Assembly: GCA_041288095.1 (NCBI GenBank)
Contig: JBGGMJ010000027.1
Span: 1 to 64,000, forward strand
Direction of reading: 5' to 3'
From: Myxococcota bacterium
GTDB lineage: Bacteria > Myxococcota > XYA12-FULL-58-9 > JALHOP01
DNA length: 64,000 bases
Under the pieces are notes generated by a model. That model searched no databases. It was not told the origin of the DNA and saw only the letters and a program-made list of their open reading frames with translations. Position numbers and translations under genes: made by a program. Positions 29,906 to 39,408 of the stretch are shown in pieces. Positions within the stretch are counted from its first letter, which is position 1. Every line of letters starts with the position of its first letter.

Positions 29906-30684
29906 CGGCTGAAGGTCACTCGAATGGGCGCCGATTCGGCGCGAACAGGGTTGCCCGCCGCGTCGCGGGCGCCGGCGTACTGCTCACGCATGGCGCAGGC
30001 CGCGGCTGCCGCCCCGAACCCGAAGCCCGGGTCGCGGACGATGCGTACCGACAGCGGCTTGCCGTCGCCATCGACGGTCACCCGCACCGTGGCTGCTTCC
30101 TCGTTGACGTCGGCGCGCTCGGCTTCCTTGGGCCAAGGACATGCCCAGTCGGCATTGGTCGGCTCGACCGCTTTGGCGTACGAGCGGGCTTCCTGCGCCA
30201 CCCGCGTTCCAGGGGGTACCGCCGTGGTGCTGGTCCCCGAGCTCGTGGTGACGCCGCCGGCGTAGACCGATGCCTTGCCGGTGACGATGGTCGTGCCGGT
30301 GAAGTCCGCTGGAGCGTCATCCATGGCGACGACCTCGGCGGCCTGCGCCGGCGCGGCGGCTGGAGTTGCCTCGGCTGGTGCCGACGGTGCATCCGTTTTC
30401 GCGGCGGGTGGTGGCGCTTTCGGCGTCGGTGGCGGAGGAGTTGGCGGTTGCTGAGGTGGCGGCGGCACGTCCGGCTCGAGCGGCGCTTCGTGGAGTCGCG
30501 AGAGCTCGTGATGGATGCGGGTCGCGAGATCGCTCGCCCAGAACTCGAGTGTCGGCTCGCTCTCGAGAGCCGCGATGAGGATGCCGACGTGGACGACGAC
30601 GGCGAACAGGCCACCGAGCAACCAGCGCTGCTGCGGAGCCGGCGGCGTTCCCTCGTAGATGACCTCGGCGATGCTCCTGCTCAC
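29902..30684 (-). CDS. tonB: TonB-family energy transducer
   Basis: TM helix with His, Pro-rich linker, WPKEA..VRVTVD.DG..V..DPGFGFG C-terminal domain. Confidence 0.85.
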   Translation of the reverse strand: MSRSIAEVIYEGTPPAPQQRWLLGGLFAVVVHVGILIAALESEPTLEFWASDLATRIHHELSRLHEAPLEPDVPPPPQQPPTPPPPTPKAPPPAAKTDAPSAPAEATPAAAPAQAAEVVAMDDAPADFTGTTIVTGKASVYAGGVTTSSGTSTTAVPPGTRVAQEARSYAKAVEPTNADWACPWPKEAERADVNEEAATVRVTVDGDGKPLSVRIVRDPGFGFGAAAAACAMREQYAGARDAAGNPVRAESAPIRVTFSR

Positions 30685-31097
30685 GGCGTGGTCTCGAGCG
30701 GCCGCGCCGCGAACGCGATGGCCGAGAAGCCCGACTGCTTGAGCAGATCGAGCACGTGCAGCATGGTCCGGTGCGGCACGTCACCGTCGGCGGAAATGAC
30801 CGCTCGCGCGGACGGGTCGGCATCGTGCACGGCGCGCGCCGCGCCCATGAGGGCTTCGTCGCCGGCCACGGTAACTCCGTTCACCAGCGTTGGTCCCTCC
30901 TTGGGGATGATGATCGACAGCACGACTTCGTGCTCCTCGGTGCTCTTGGCCGCCGGGAGGTCGAGATGCACGGCGGGCGTCACGATGATCTTGGCGGTAA
31001 CGATGAAAATGACCAGCAGCACGAGCGTGATGTCGACGAGCGGCGTTACGTTGATGCCGCTGATGATCCCGCTGTCGCGTTGCTGGGTGCCGGCCAT
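30681..31097 (-). CDS. exbD: ExbD/TolR
   Basis: INVTPLVDITLVLLVIF; ISADGDVPH. Confidence 0.9.
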   Translation of the reverse strand: MAGTQQRDSGIISGINVTPLVDITLVLLVIFIVTAKIIVTPAVHLDLPAAKSTEEHEVVLSIIIPKEGPTLVNGVTVAGDEALMGAARAVHDADPSARAVISADGDVPHRTMLHVLDLLKQSGFSAIAFAARPLETTP

Positions 31098-31102
31098 GCT
31101 CG

Positions 31103-31771
31103 TCAGGCTCCCTTGCGCTCGCCGTCGCCGATGTAGGCGAGCACGAGGCTCGAGAGCGCTTCCGATTCGCCCAAGATCGCGGTCACGCGCCGCTGGAAGT
31201 AGTTGTAGAAAGCGACGGCTGGGAGGGCAACGAGGATGCCGACCGCGGTAGCGACGAGCGCTTCCGCCACCGCCGCCATGACCGCCTGTGAAGCGACCTG
31301 CGAAGCGCTCGCCGCCGCCTCTTGGCCGGTGCTGCGGCCGAGCTCTTCGAAGGCATGAATGACGCCGATGACCGTGCCGAACAAGCCGACGAATGGCGCG
31401 TTGTTGCCGACGGTGCCGAGGTAAGCGAGCCAGCGCTCGAGGCGCGCGCGCTCGAGCGCGGTCGCGCTGCGCATGCCGTGCTCGGCGGCGGCGGCTCCGC
31501 GGTCCGACAGGCGAATACCGGCGACCGCGATCGACGCGGCCACCGAGTCCGACTTGGAGAGCTCCGCCATCGCGGTCGCGCGGTCGCCTTTGGCGAGCCA
31601 ACCATCCACTTCGACCACGAGAGTGCGCAGATCCGCGCTCACGGCGCGGTAGAAGATGATGCGCTCGACCACCAGCGCCACGGTGATGGCGGACAAAATG
31701 CCGAGGAACCACAGCACCCAGGCCGCGCCCGACTCGAGGAGCAGGTGTTTGACCGCATCGACGGCGTTCAT
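31103..31771 (-). CDS. exbB: ExbB/TolQ/MotA proton channel
   Basis: LGTVGNNAPFVGLFGTVIG; AEALVATAVG..VALPA. Confidence 0.92.
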   Translation of the reverse strand: MNAVDAVKHLLLESGAAWVLWFLGILSAITVALVVERIIFYRAVSADLRTLVVEVDGWLAKGDRATAMAELSKSDSVAASIAVAGIRLSDRGAAAAEHGMRSATALERARLERWLAYLGTVGNNAPFVGLFGTVIGVIHAFEELGRSTGQEAAASASQVASQAVMAAVAEALVATAVGILVALPAVAFYNYFQRRVTAILGESEALSSLVLAYIGDGERKGA

Positions 31772-31774
31772 CGC

Positions 31775-32722
31775 TTACTCCAAGACCTCGCGGGTCGGGC
31801 ACTCGCCCTCGCCTTGGTAGTCGCCGAGCGTGTGTGCCTGCGCCTCGAGGAAGGTGAGGCCGTTGGTGACCGGTGTGAGCGTGCCCGAGAGGTTGTAGCC
31901 GAGCGACGCCGGGAAGAAGGCGCCGGCGGTCGAGGCTTGGAGCTCCGCGATGGTCACGAGGCCGTCGCTCGTATGACCGGCGTTGCTGCGGTCGGCGTCC
32001 GCGATCCACTGCGCCTGGCGCTCCGTGATCTCGGCGCCCTGCGTGATGTTGTCGAAGAACCAGTGGTCGCCGTGAATGGTCGGCTTCACCTGCACCGTGC
32101 CGCCGGAGGGCACCGCGAAGCCCGGCACGTCGTCCTCGTCGGAGCAGTCGTCGTACGAGGTGCCGCTCGAGAGCCCAAAGACGAAGGAGATCTCCGGAGC
32201 CGCCACGCAATCGCTCGTCCCGCCACCCGCGGCGCGCAAGCAGGACTCACCATCCGGCTTCGTCAGAGTCGCGGCGAAGTACACCGAGAAGTGGTGAGTG
32301 CGCATGAAGTCGCAATCATCCGCTGAAACGGACGGAGCACACGGCGTGTCCGCGGCGGCTCGAGGCATGTCGAAGCCAACGCGATCCCAACGCGCGGCCT
32401 CGATGTCGTCGAACTCGGCGATGGTGAAGCCGTTGGTCGGCAGGCTCTTCATGTCGACGATGTAGACGTCGTTCGAGATGCGCTGGTCGCCGCTCCCTTG
32501 GCGCGCCGCGCGGAAGTTGCCGATGACCGCGAGAAAGCTGTCGTAGGTCACCGTCCAGCCGTCCTGGATGTTCTCGAGACCGTCGCCGGGAGTCAGGCCT
32601 TCGGGAATGGTCTCCTCGGCCACCACGAACGCTTGCACGCTGCCGCTGCCGCCGCCACCACCGCCCTCGTCACCGCATGCCGCGAGAAACAACGCGGCGA
32701 GCACCCAAGTCATCTTCTTCAT
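31775..32722 (-). CDS. Lipoprotein in the TonB uptake operon
   Basis: LAAC lipobox; HGDHWFFD motif; paired Cys. Confidence 0.75.
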   Translation of the reverse strand: MKKMTWVLAALFLAACGDEGGGGGGSGSVQAFVVAEETIPEGLTPGDGLENIQDGWTVTYDSFLAVIGNFRAARQGSGDQRISNDVYIVDMKSLPTNGFTIAEFDDIEAARWDRVGFDMPRAAADTPCAPSVSADDCDFMRTHHFSVYFAATLTKPDGESCLRAAGGGTSDCVAAPEISFVFGLSSGTSYDDCSDEDDVPGFAVPSGGTVQVKPTIHGDHWFFDNITQGAEITERQAQWIADADRSNAGHTSDGLVTIAELQASTAGAFFPASLGYNLSGTLTPVTNGLTFLEAQAHTLGDYQGEGECPTREVLE

Positions 32723-32726
32723 GATC

Positions 32727-33422
32727 TCACTCCCAAGTGAAAGTCAGCGGTACGTTGGCGGTCATGCCGATGCGCACCGTGTTGCCGGCGACCGAGTCGC
32801 TCGTGATCTCGACCGAGGTAGCGTCCGCCGGAGCGGCGGCGTCGAAGTCGACGGCCGCGAACCACAGGTCGGGCCGCGCCGTAAGCGTGAGGCTCGTCGT
32901 CGACGGCGCGATGGTGGCCGCGGCGCGGGCGCCTTGCACCGCGTAGGTTCCTTGAAGCTGCGGCGTGATGTCGATGACCGCGGTGAAGGCGAGCGAGCGG
33001 CCCGTGGTGGTCGCGACGCCGGCGAAGCGCGCGGAGCTGCCGTCGACCGAACCGGAGGTCGGCGTGGGCTGATTCTGCGTCGCAAGCCAGGAGATCCCGT
33101 AGTCGTAGACGGCGGAGCGCACCTCGCCGGTGACACCGTCGGCCGTGCCGATGAGCTGCGCATCCGGCGCGAGCCCGTCGACGGTGGCGCTCTGGGTAAG
33201 CTCGAAGGTCGCCGCGGGACACAAGTCCGCTGAAGCGGCTGCGGTAGCGCACCAGTAGATGGGACCGACGGCGACCAGGGCTTCGCTGAGGGTCACGTCC
33301 CACAAGCCGGCGGTGAACGTCGCGGGACCACCCCGCGCCGCGACGGCGACAGAGAGGCGCTCCTGGCCGGTCTCGCCGCAAGCCGCGAGGAGCAGCGCCA
33401 ACATCAGAGCGTAACGCCTCAT
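32727..33422 (-). CDS. Lipoprotein in the TonB uptake operon
   Basis: LAAC lipobox; beta-rich; ATGA overlap with the receptor gene. Confidence 0.72.
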   Translation of the reverse strand: MRRYALMLALLLAACGETGQERLSVAVAARGGPATFTAGLWDVTLSEALVAVGPIYWCATAAASADLCPAATFELTQSATVDGLAPDAQLIGTADGVTGEVRSAVYDYGISWLATQNQPTPTSGSVDGSSARFAGVATTTGRSLAFTAVIDITPQLQGTYAVQGARAAATIAPSTTSLTLTARPDLWFAAVDFDAAAPADATSVEITSDSVAGNTVRIGMTANVPLTFTWE

Positions 33423-35866
33423 GGGAACCTCAATGTGAGCGTGGCGAAGGCGGTGCGTGGCGCGCCCGCGGACAAGTGCCGCGCCGGCACGCGCGACGGC
33501 AGCTCTTGGCTGCGCCAGTCCGAAACGAACGAGTACTCGCTCGCGGCGTATTGCCGATCGAGCAGGTTGTAGAGCTCGGCGCCGAGCTCGACGAAGCGAT
33601 AAGTGAGCGCCGCCGAGGCATCCCAGAGCGCCACGGTCTGGCCGAATTGGCCATAGGGTAGCGGACGCCTGGACAGGAAGGAGAACCCGCTGCCGACGCG
33701 AAAACCGAGCGGGGCGTCGGCGATCGTGACGATGGGCCGCGAGATGCTGGCGTCGGCGCGCACCACGAGCGGCGGCACATACGGGAGCAGCTCGCCTTCG
33801 CTGAACGCGGGGGTTGGATTCTCAGCGCTGGCCGGCGGCGGCGCGTCGAGGGTCGCGTGCACGTAGGTCGCGGACAGCGACGCGATCGCCCAGGGGCGCG
33901 GCTGCGCCACGAGATGGACCACGGCGCCCTTGCGGGTCGTCGGGCCAATCCGCTCGAGCGCACCTTCACCGGCGTCGAAGGCGAGATCTTCGCTGAGCGT
34001 CGTGCGATACGCGGCGACACTCGCGTTCAGCCACTCGGCGCCCGGCGGCTGATACGCGACCCCGATCTCGGCGCCGCGCACCTTGGCGTAGGGCGCGTTT
34101 TCACCCTCCGTGAGCAGGCGTGCTTGCGGCGAGCGGTAGCCTTCGCCGTACGAGGCGATGAGGCGCAGGCCTTTGAGCGGCCGTGCCTCGATGGTCGCGC
34201 GGGGCCCGCTCGCGACACCGAGCGCGGTGCGGCGAAAGCCGGTGATGAAGCTCGCGCGCTGGAAGACGGGGATGAAGTTACCGAGGGAGTCGTCGACGTC
34301 GTAGTAGAGGACGTCGGCGCGGAAGCCCGCGCGGGCCGTGAGCCATGTCGAATACGTGAGCGTCGCGTCGGCATAGGCGCCGATATCGCTGCCGCGGATG
34401 CGCGCGTCGACGCGGCGATCCCAGGTTTGATTCTCGGGCGCCTGCAAGAGGTTCTGCTCTTGCTCGACACCGTCGGTGCGGAACGCGAGCCCGAGCTCGA
34501 GGCTGCCCGACAGGTCGCCGACGAGTGTCCGCGTTCGCGTACGGTGGCTCGCTTGCGCGCCGAGGCCGAAGTCGTCGTTCGATTGCTCGATGAGATCGCC
34601 GCGGCCGACCCAGTCGGGGTTGTGCTGCGAGCGTTGCATGTAGCCGGTGAAGTTCTGGCGCGAGCGGTAGTTGGCTTGCATGAGCCAGACCGAGAAGAGC
34701 GTACGCGCGCCCTCGTCACCGCGATGCTCGAGCGTCATCGCCGCCTGCACGCGCGAGGTGAGCGCCGACTGCGCGTTGGCGGTGGGGTCGGGATAACTGT
34801 CGTAGAAGCCGACGCGCCCGGCGGCGACGTCGTCGCGGCGCAAGACACCGGCGAGGTTCGCGCGCGCCCCGTAGGCGGCGACATGGAAGAGGATCGACGT
34901 GCTGTCGGAGAGACGCAGCTGATATTGCGCGATACCGCTGCCGCTGCGCGAGCCACGGTTCATGCCGAAGCCATCAGTCTCGCGTAGAGAGACGGCACCG
35001 AAGGTCTCCTCGGCTTCACCCTCGGGGGCCCAGACCAGGACTTGGCGCTTGGTGTGGAAGGAGCCGTACGAAGTCCGCGATAAAATACCGCGTGTGGTGA
35101 CGCCGAGGTCGAAGCCGACGCTGCCGGCGACGGCGAAGTCGCCTTGGCGGGGATCGTAGACGCCTTCGGTGACGCGCAGCGAGCGCACCACCTCTGGGAT
35201 CACGAAATTGGTGTCGGCGTAGCCTTGCCCATGGATATGCGAGGGTTGATTGAGCGGCACCACTCCGACGGACAGCTCGATGTCCTGGCCGTGCGAGGCG
35301 TCGAAACCGCGCAAGAAGATCTCTTGGGCAACGGCGTCGCCTTCGGGACGGCTGACGTAGACACCGGGCGCGCTGGACAAGAGATCGGCGGCGTTTTGCC
35401 GCGGCATGGCGGCGAGAATGTCGTGGTCGAGGACGAAGTCGCTGACAGCGCGCTGCGGCGGGCGTCGCTTGCCGCGGACCGAAACGTCGATGATCTCTGG
35501 CTCCTTCTCCAGAGGTGCTGGAGATGCCTCGACAGGTTTGACCTCTTCGACGACCTCCACCGCCGGCGGCTCGAAGCGAAACGGCACCCGTATCCGCGCC
35601 GCAATCGCCGTCTCATCCCGCATCGCTGGCGCGAACTTCCACTTCAGCACCGCCTCGATCGCCGCCGCCGCCATCTCCGGCCGATCAGCGGACACCACCG
35701 CCACTTCACCCACGCTGCCGTCGGCAAGCACCGTCACGGCGAGCTCCACGGAGCCCGCGATGCGCTCCGCGAGCAGCGCCTCCGGGTAAGTCGCCGGCGG
35801 CGTGACTGTCGGAACAGGCGGTGTAACCGCCGCGATAGCGGTCACCAACGGAATCAGAAAGCGCAC
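33419..35866 (-). CDS. TonB-dependent receptor with N-terminal TonB-C-like domain
   Basis: YPE..G.V.L...V..DG.V...WKF.PA domain; plug LRGFDASHGQD..HIHGQGYAD; NLLDRQY..GAPRT..LTLRF C-terminus. Confidence 0.9.
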   Translation of the reverse strand: MRFLIPLVTAIAAVTPPVPTVTPPATYPEALLAERIAGSVELAVTVLADGSVGEVAVVSADRPEMAAAAIEAVLKWKFAPAMRDETAIAARIRVPFRFEPPAVEVVEEVKPVEASPAPLEKEPEIIDVSVRGKRRPPQRAVSDFVLDHDILAAMPRQNAADLLSSAPGVYVSRPEGDAVAQEIFLRGFDASHGQDIELSVGVVPLNQPSHIHGQGYADTNFVIPEVVRSLRVTEGVYDPRQGDFAVAGSVGFDLGVTTRGILSRTSYGSFHTKRQVLVWAPEGEAEETFGAVSLRETDGFGMNRGSRSGSGIAQYQLRLSDSTSILFHVAAYGARANLAGVLRRDDVAAGRVGFYDSYPDPTANAQSALTSRVQAAMTLEHRGDEGARTLFSVWLMQANYRSRQNFTGYMQRSQHNPDWVGRGDLIEQSNDDFGLGAQASHRTRTRTLVGDLSGSLELGLAFRTDGVEQEQNLLQAPENQTWDRRVDARIRGSDIGAYADATLTYSTWLTARAGFRADVLYYDVDDSLGNFIPVFQRASFITGFRRTALGVASGPRATIEARPLKGLRLIASYGEGYRSPQARLLTEGENAPYAKVRGAEIGVAYQPPGAEWLNASVAAYRTTLSEDLAFDAGEGALERIGPTTRKGAVVHLVAQPRPWAIASLSATYVHATLDAPPPASAENPTPAFSEGELLPYVPPLVVRADASISRPIVTIADAPLGFRVGSGFSFLSRRPLPYGQFGQTVALWDASAALTYRFVELGAELYNLLDRQYAASEYSFVSDWRSQELPSRVPARHLSAGAPRTAFATLTLRFP

Positions 35867-35921
35867 ACGCGCTCCACGAAGAGGAGGGTCGAGACACCAG
35901 CACCCAAAACGACGAGCGTCG

Positions 35922-36287
35922 TTAGGCTGGTGGACCCATCTTCGGCGCGAGGCGATAGGTGTCGCCGCTATCGGCGACCCGCCGACAGAAGATCGGCATC
36001 GGGCTGATCACGGTGCCGAAGGTGCTGACCGCTTGAGCAGGCGTTGGCACCTGATACGCCTGACGCTGCAACGCCGACACCGCGCAGCTCGTGCTCGGCA
36101 GGCGCGTGATCGTCGTATCCGCCGAGACGCTGTTGGGCGCCTCCGCCGCGTCGGCGACGCCTTCGGTGAGGTGCACGAGGACCCCACCGTCCGCTACGGC
36201 ATGCTGGACCAGCGCGTAGTGCAGCGCCGACCCGACGTGAGTCAGGGCGAGCAACGCAACGAGGAGCACTGACGAAAGCGATCGCAT
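35922..36287 (-). CDS. Small His-containing exported leader protein (DUF2946-like architecture)
   Basis: Signal/TM segment, four spaced His, C-terminal RLAPKMGPPA; directly upstream of the receptor. Confidence 0.65.
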   Translation of the reverse strand: MRSLSSVLLVALLALTHVGSALHYALVQHAVADGGVLVHLTEGVADAAEAPNSVSADTTITRLPSTSCAVSALQRQAYQVPTPAQAVSTFGTVISPMPIFCRRVADSGDTYRLAPKMGPPA

Positions 36288-36329
36288 GGTCGGCGGGGGC
36301 AAGCCTGTAACGGAGGCGCGCCGACCTGT

Positions 36330-37433
36330 CTAGAGAGCTCCGCAGGTCGACATGTCATCCCCCATCGCCATGTCGCAATCAGCGTCCGTGTCGATGTCCG
36401 AGAGCTGGTCCGTCGGGTCGCCGTCGTCGTCAGGGTCGCCTATGTCGTCGTCGGGGTCACCATCGACGTCGATGATGCCGTCGGCGTCCGGGCCGCCCTC
36501 TTGCTGCACGCAGGCCAACGCGTCGCTGGTGCCCGGATCGCAGTCATCGTCGGCGCCGTTGCAGATCTCAGGCCGGTCGGGCGCTCGGGTTGCCGTCGTG
36601 TCGTCACAGTCCGGTCCGAGACAGCCGGGCCCGCCACGGCCGTAGCCATCGCGGTCGTCGTCGAGACAGGTGTCACGGCAGTCCGGCGTGCCGTCGGCAT
36701 CCACGTCGGTCAGGCAATCGAGCCCGCACGCCGCGCTCGACTCGTCGCAGTCGGCGGCGCAATCGAGGCCGTCCTTGTCGACGTCGACCCCGACCGTGCA
36801 CACGCCGAAGAACAAGGTCTGGGTCACCGCCGCGCCCTGCCCCACGGTCAGCACGGGCTCATTGACCAGCCCGAGCGTCAGACCGCCGTCACTGAGGGCG
36901 CTGGTGAGGACGCGATAGCTGCCGGCCGGCACCACGAGACGCTCACCCTGACTGGTCGCGAACGTCGCAACCAGCGGGTCACGCGGCGCAACCGCCTCGA
37001 GCTCGACGCGAAACCCTGGTGGCACGACACCGCCGTCGATGCGTTGGATGTCGACGAGGAGCTCACCGGCGGCGTACGCGGAAATGACGACTTCGGCGCG
37101 GCTGCGCGGCACCGGCGTCGCCCGCGCCAAGCCCCAGTAATTCGCGACGCACCTGCCGGCGACCGAGATGCAGGTCTGCGCCTCGAGGAGCAACGGCACC
37201 CCCGAGGGCACGTCGATCTCGAAGCGCAGCGACTCGACGTCGACCGGCCGAGCGACGGCGCCGACCAATCGATCGGAGGTGACCGCGACGGTCGCTTCGT
37301 CGACCCGCTGGCCAGCGGCAACCGCGCGTTCGCGCAATACCCCGAGCTCGAGGGTGAACGCGGCATCACCTTCGCCGTCGAAGCACCCCGACGCGCAGAC
37401 TGCGGCAAGCGTTAGCGCCATCTGGAGACGCAT
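36330..37433 (-). CDS. Lipoprotein with C-terminal Asp/Cys-rich putative Ca/metal-binding repeats
   Basis: ASGC lipobox; DxDxDG, DCDD..PEICNGADDDCD motifs. Confidence 0.75.
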   Translation of the reverse strand: MRLQMALTLAAVCASGCFDGEGDAAFTLELGVLRERAVAAGQRVDEATVAVTSDRLVGAVARPVDVESLRFEIDVPSGVPLLLEAQTCISVAGRCVANYWGLARATPVPRSRAEVVISAYAAGELLVDIQRIDGGVVPPGFRVELEAVAPRDPLVATFATSQGERLVVPAGSYRVLTSALSDGGLTLGLVNEPVLTVGQGAAVTQTLFFGVCTVGVDVDKDGLDCAADCDESSAACGLDCLTDVDADGTPDCRDTCLDDDRDGYGRGGPGCLGPDCDDTTATRAPDRPEICNGADDDCDPGTSDALACVQQEGGPDADGIIDVDGDPDDDIGDPDDDGDPTDQLSDIDTDADCDMAMGDDMSTCGAL

Positions 37434-37536
37434 GACCCGAGCTCCCCACCCAAACGACCGGCAATAGCTTCGCCCCCTGAGAATAGCCGGTGCGCCTTGA
37501 AAAAACCACGCGCACCTGGGATTACGCCGCCAAGTC

Positions 37537-39408
37537 ATGACGAGCATCGTGGTGCCCGCAGCGCGCGAGCCAAAGACCTCGCAATCCCTCCTGCACTGGG
37601 GCGCCTGGCAGATCGTCATGGCGATCTACGGCCTGCTCTGGGTCGTGATTCTCGGCCTCATTCACGAGATCAGGAAGGGCTTGTTCCGCTGGGGCGCGTT
37701 CGTACTCGGCACACTGCTGATGTTGGCGGGAGTCACCGCCACGACGATGGCCATTCAAGTCGACCCCAACCGGTTTGGTGACGACGCGGTCATCCTCACC
37801 TGGGCCGCGGCGCTCTTGATCTCCATGCTGGTCGGCGCCGTCATCGGCCGACTCGGGAAGCGCATCGGCTACTGGGAGAGCTACGCGGCGATGCTGGTGA
37901 GCGGCGCGACCTCGTACGTGCACCTGCGTTACGGGTTCCACAACCTCTGGGCCAAAGTCGCGGGCGAACACACCTCGTACCTCGACATGCTCGGTGTCCT
38001 CGCGCCCGGCCAGCGGATGCTCGGCGACCTGTGGCTCGCGCTCTGGGGGCTCTGGTTGTTCATCGGCTTCGTGCTGATGATCTTTGGCGGCTCGCTCGTG
38101 TTTCTGGTGTACGGCGACGACGGCGTCCGCGATCTGAAGATGGGTTACGAGCGCTTCATTGGCCTTCGTCAGCTCGTGACGCAGCGCCGCGGCCTCGTCT
38201 CGGTGACCGCCATGGTAGCCATCACCGGCGTCGCTGTCGGCGTCGCCGCGCTGGTCGCGGTGACCGCGGTGATGAGCGGATATCAGAGCGACATCCAGGC
38301 GCGCATCCTCTCCACCAACGCGCATCTCGTGGTGCAGAAGTATGGCGTCGACTTCAGCGAGCACGCGAAGATCGCCGAGACCGCTCGTGACGTGCCCGAG
38401 GTCCTCGCGACCACGCCGTTCGTCTTCAACGAGGCGTCGTTCAGCTTCGGCGACCGCGGCCTGGGCGTGCTCCTCAAGGGGGTCGTGCCCGAGACCGCTG
38501 GAGCGGTCACCGAGGTGACGCATAACCTCTGTGAGCGTGTCGAAGCCGGACGTTGCATCCCGTACGCCAGCGATCCCGACGCGCAGTTCGCGAAGATGTT
38601 GCGACCAGCCATCGGTGTGCCCGGCATCGTCGTGGGCCTCGAGCTCTTCAAACGGCAGGGTCTCGCCGTCGGCGATCTCATCACCCTGACGACACCCGTC
38701 TCGCTCGCCAGCGTCCGCAACACGGCGCCCAAGCGCATGCAGTTTCAAGTTACCGGCGTGTTCCGCTCCGGCATGCACGAGTTCGATTCGCGGCTCACTT
38801 ACCTCGAGCTCGGCGCCGCCCAGGAGCTCTTGGGGCTCGGCTCCTCGGTGTCGGGCGTCGAGCTCAAGCTCAGCGATCCGCAGCGCGTCGAAGCGATCGC
38901 CACCAAGGTGCTACGCGCCGTCGGCCGCTATCCCTACCGCACCCTCGACTGGCGCGAGCTCAACCAAGGCATCTTCCGCGCGCTCTTCCTGCAGAAGGCT
39001 GTCTTCTATAGCATCCTCGTCATGATCATCGTGGTCGCCGCCTTCAACATCGCGTCGACCTTGTTCATGACGGTCATCGAGAAGGCACGCGAGATCGGCG
39101 TGCTCAAATCCATGGGCGCGCGTGACGGCAGCATCATGAAGATCTTCGTGCTCGAGGGCTGGATTGTCGGCCTCGTCGGCACCGGCGTTGGCCTCGCGCT
39201 CGGCATCGGGGTCGCCATCGCCTTGTCCCAGCTCAAGCTGCAAATCGCCGCCGACGTTTACATGGTGGACTCGCTCACCGTGCGCATCCGGCCCCTCGAG
39301 ATCATCTTGACCGCCGTAGCGGCCTTCGTCATCTCGCACCTCGCGACCATCTATCCGGCCATGCGCGCGGCCAAGCAGCGCCCGGTCGATGCGATGCGCT
39401 ATGACTGA
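37537..39408 (+). CDS. LolC/E-like (MacB/FtsX) ABC permease with extra N-terminal membrane region
   Basis: GVAVGVAALV.VTAVMSG, GVF.SGMHEFD, DWRELN, VAAFNIASTL..EK.REIGVLKSMGA, YPA.RAA..PVDAMRYD. Confidence 0.88.
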   Translation: MTSIVVPAAREPKTSQSLLHWGAWQIVMAIYGLLWVVILGLIHEIRKGLFRWGAFVLGTLLMLAGVTATTMAIQVDPNRFGDDAVILTWAAALLISMLVGAVIGRLGKRIGYWESYAAMLVSGATSYVHLRYGFHNLWAKVAGEHTSYLDMLGVLAPGQRMLGDLWLALWGLWLFIGFVLMIFGGSLVFLVYGDDGVRDLKMGYERFIGLRQLVTQRRGLVSVTAMVAITGVAVGVAALVAVTAVMSGYQSDIQARILSTNAHLVVQKYGVDFSEHAKIAETARDVPEVLATTPFVFNEASFSFGDRGLGVLLKGVVPETAGAVTEVTHNLCERVEAGRCIPYASDPDAQFAKMLRPAIGVPGIVVGLELFKRQGLAVGDLITLTTPVSLASVRNTAPKRMQFQVTGVFRSGMHEFDSRLTYLELGAAQELLGLGSSVSGVELKLSDPQRVEAIATKVLRAVGRYPYRTLDWRELNQGIFRALFLQKAVFYSILVMIIVVAAFNIASTLFMTVIEKAREIGVLKSMGARDGSIMKIFVLEGWIVGLVGTGVGLALGIGVAIALSQLKLQIAADVYMVDSLTVRIRPLEIILTAVAAFVISHLATIYPAMRAAKQRPVDAMRYD

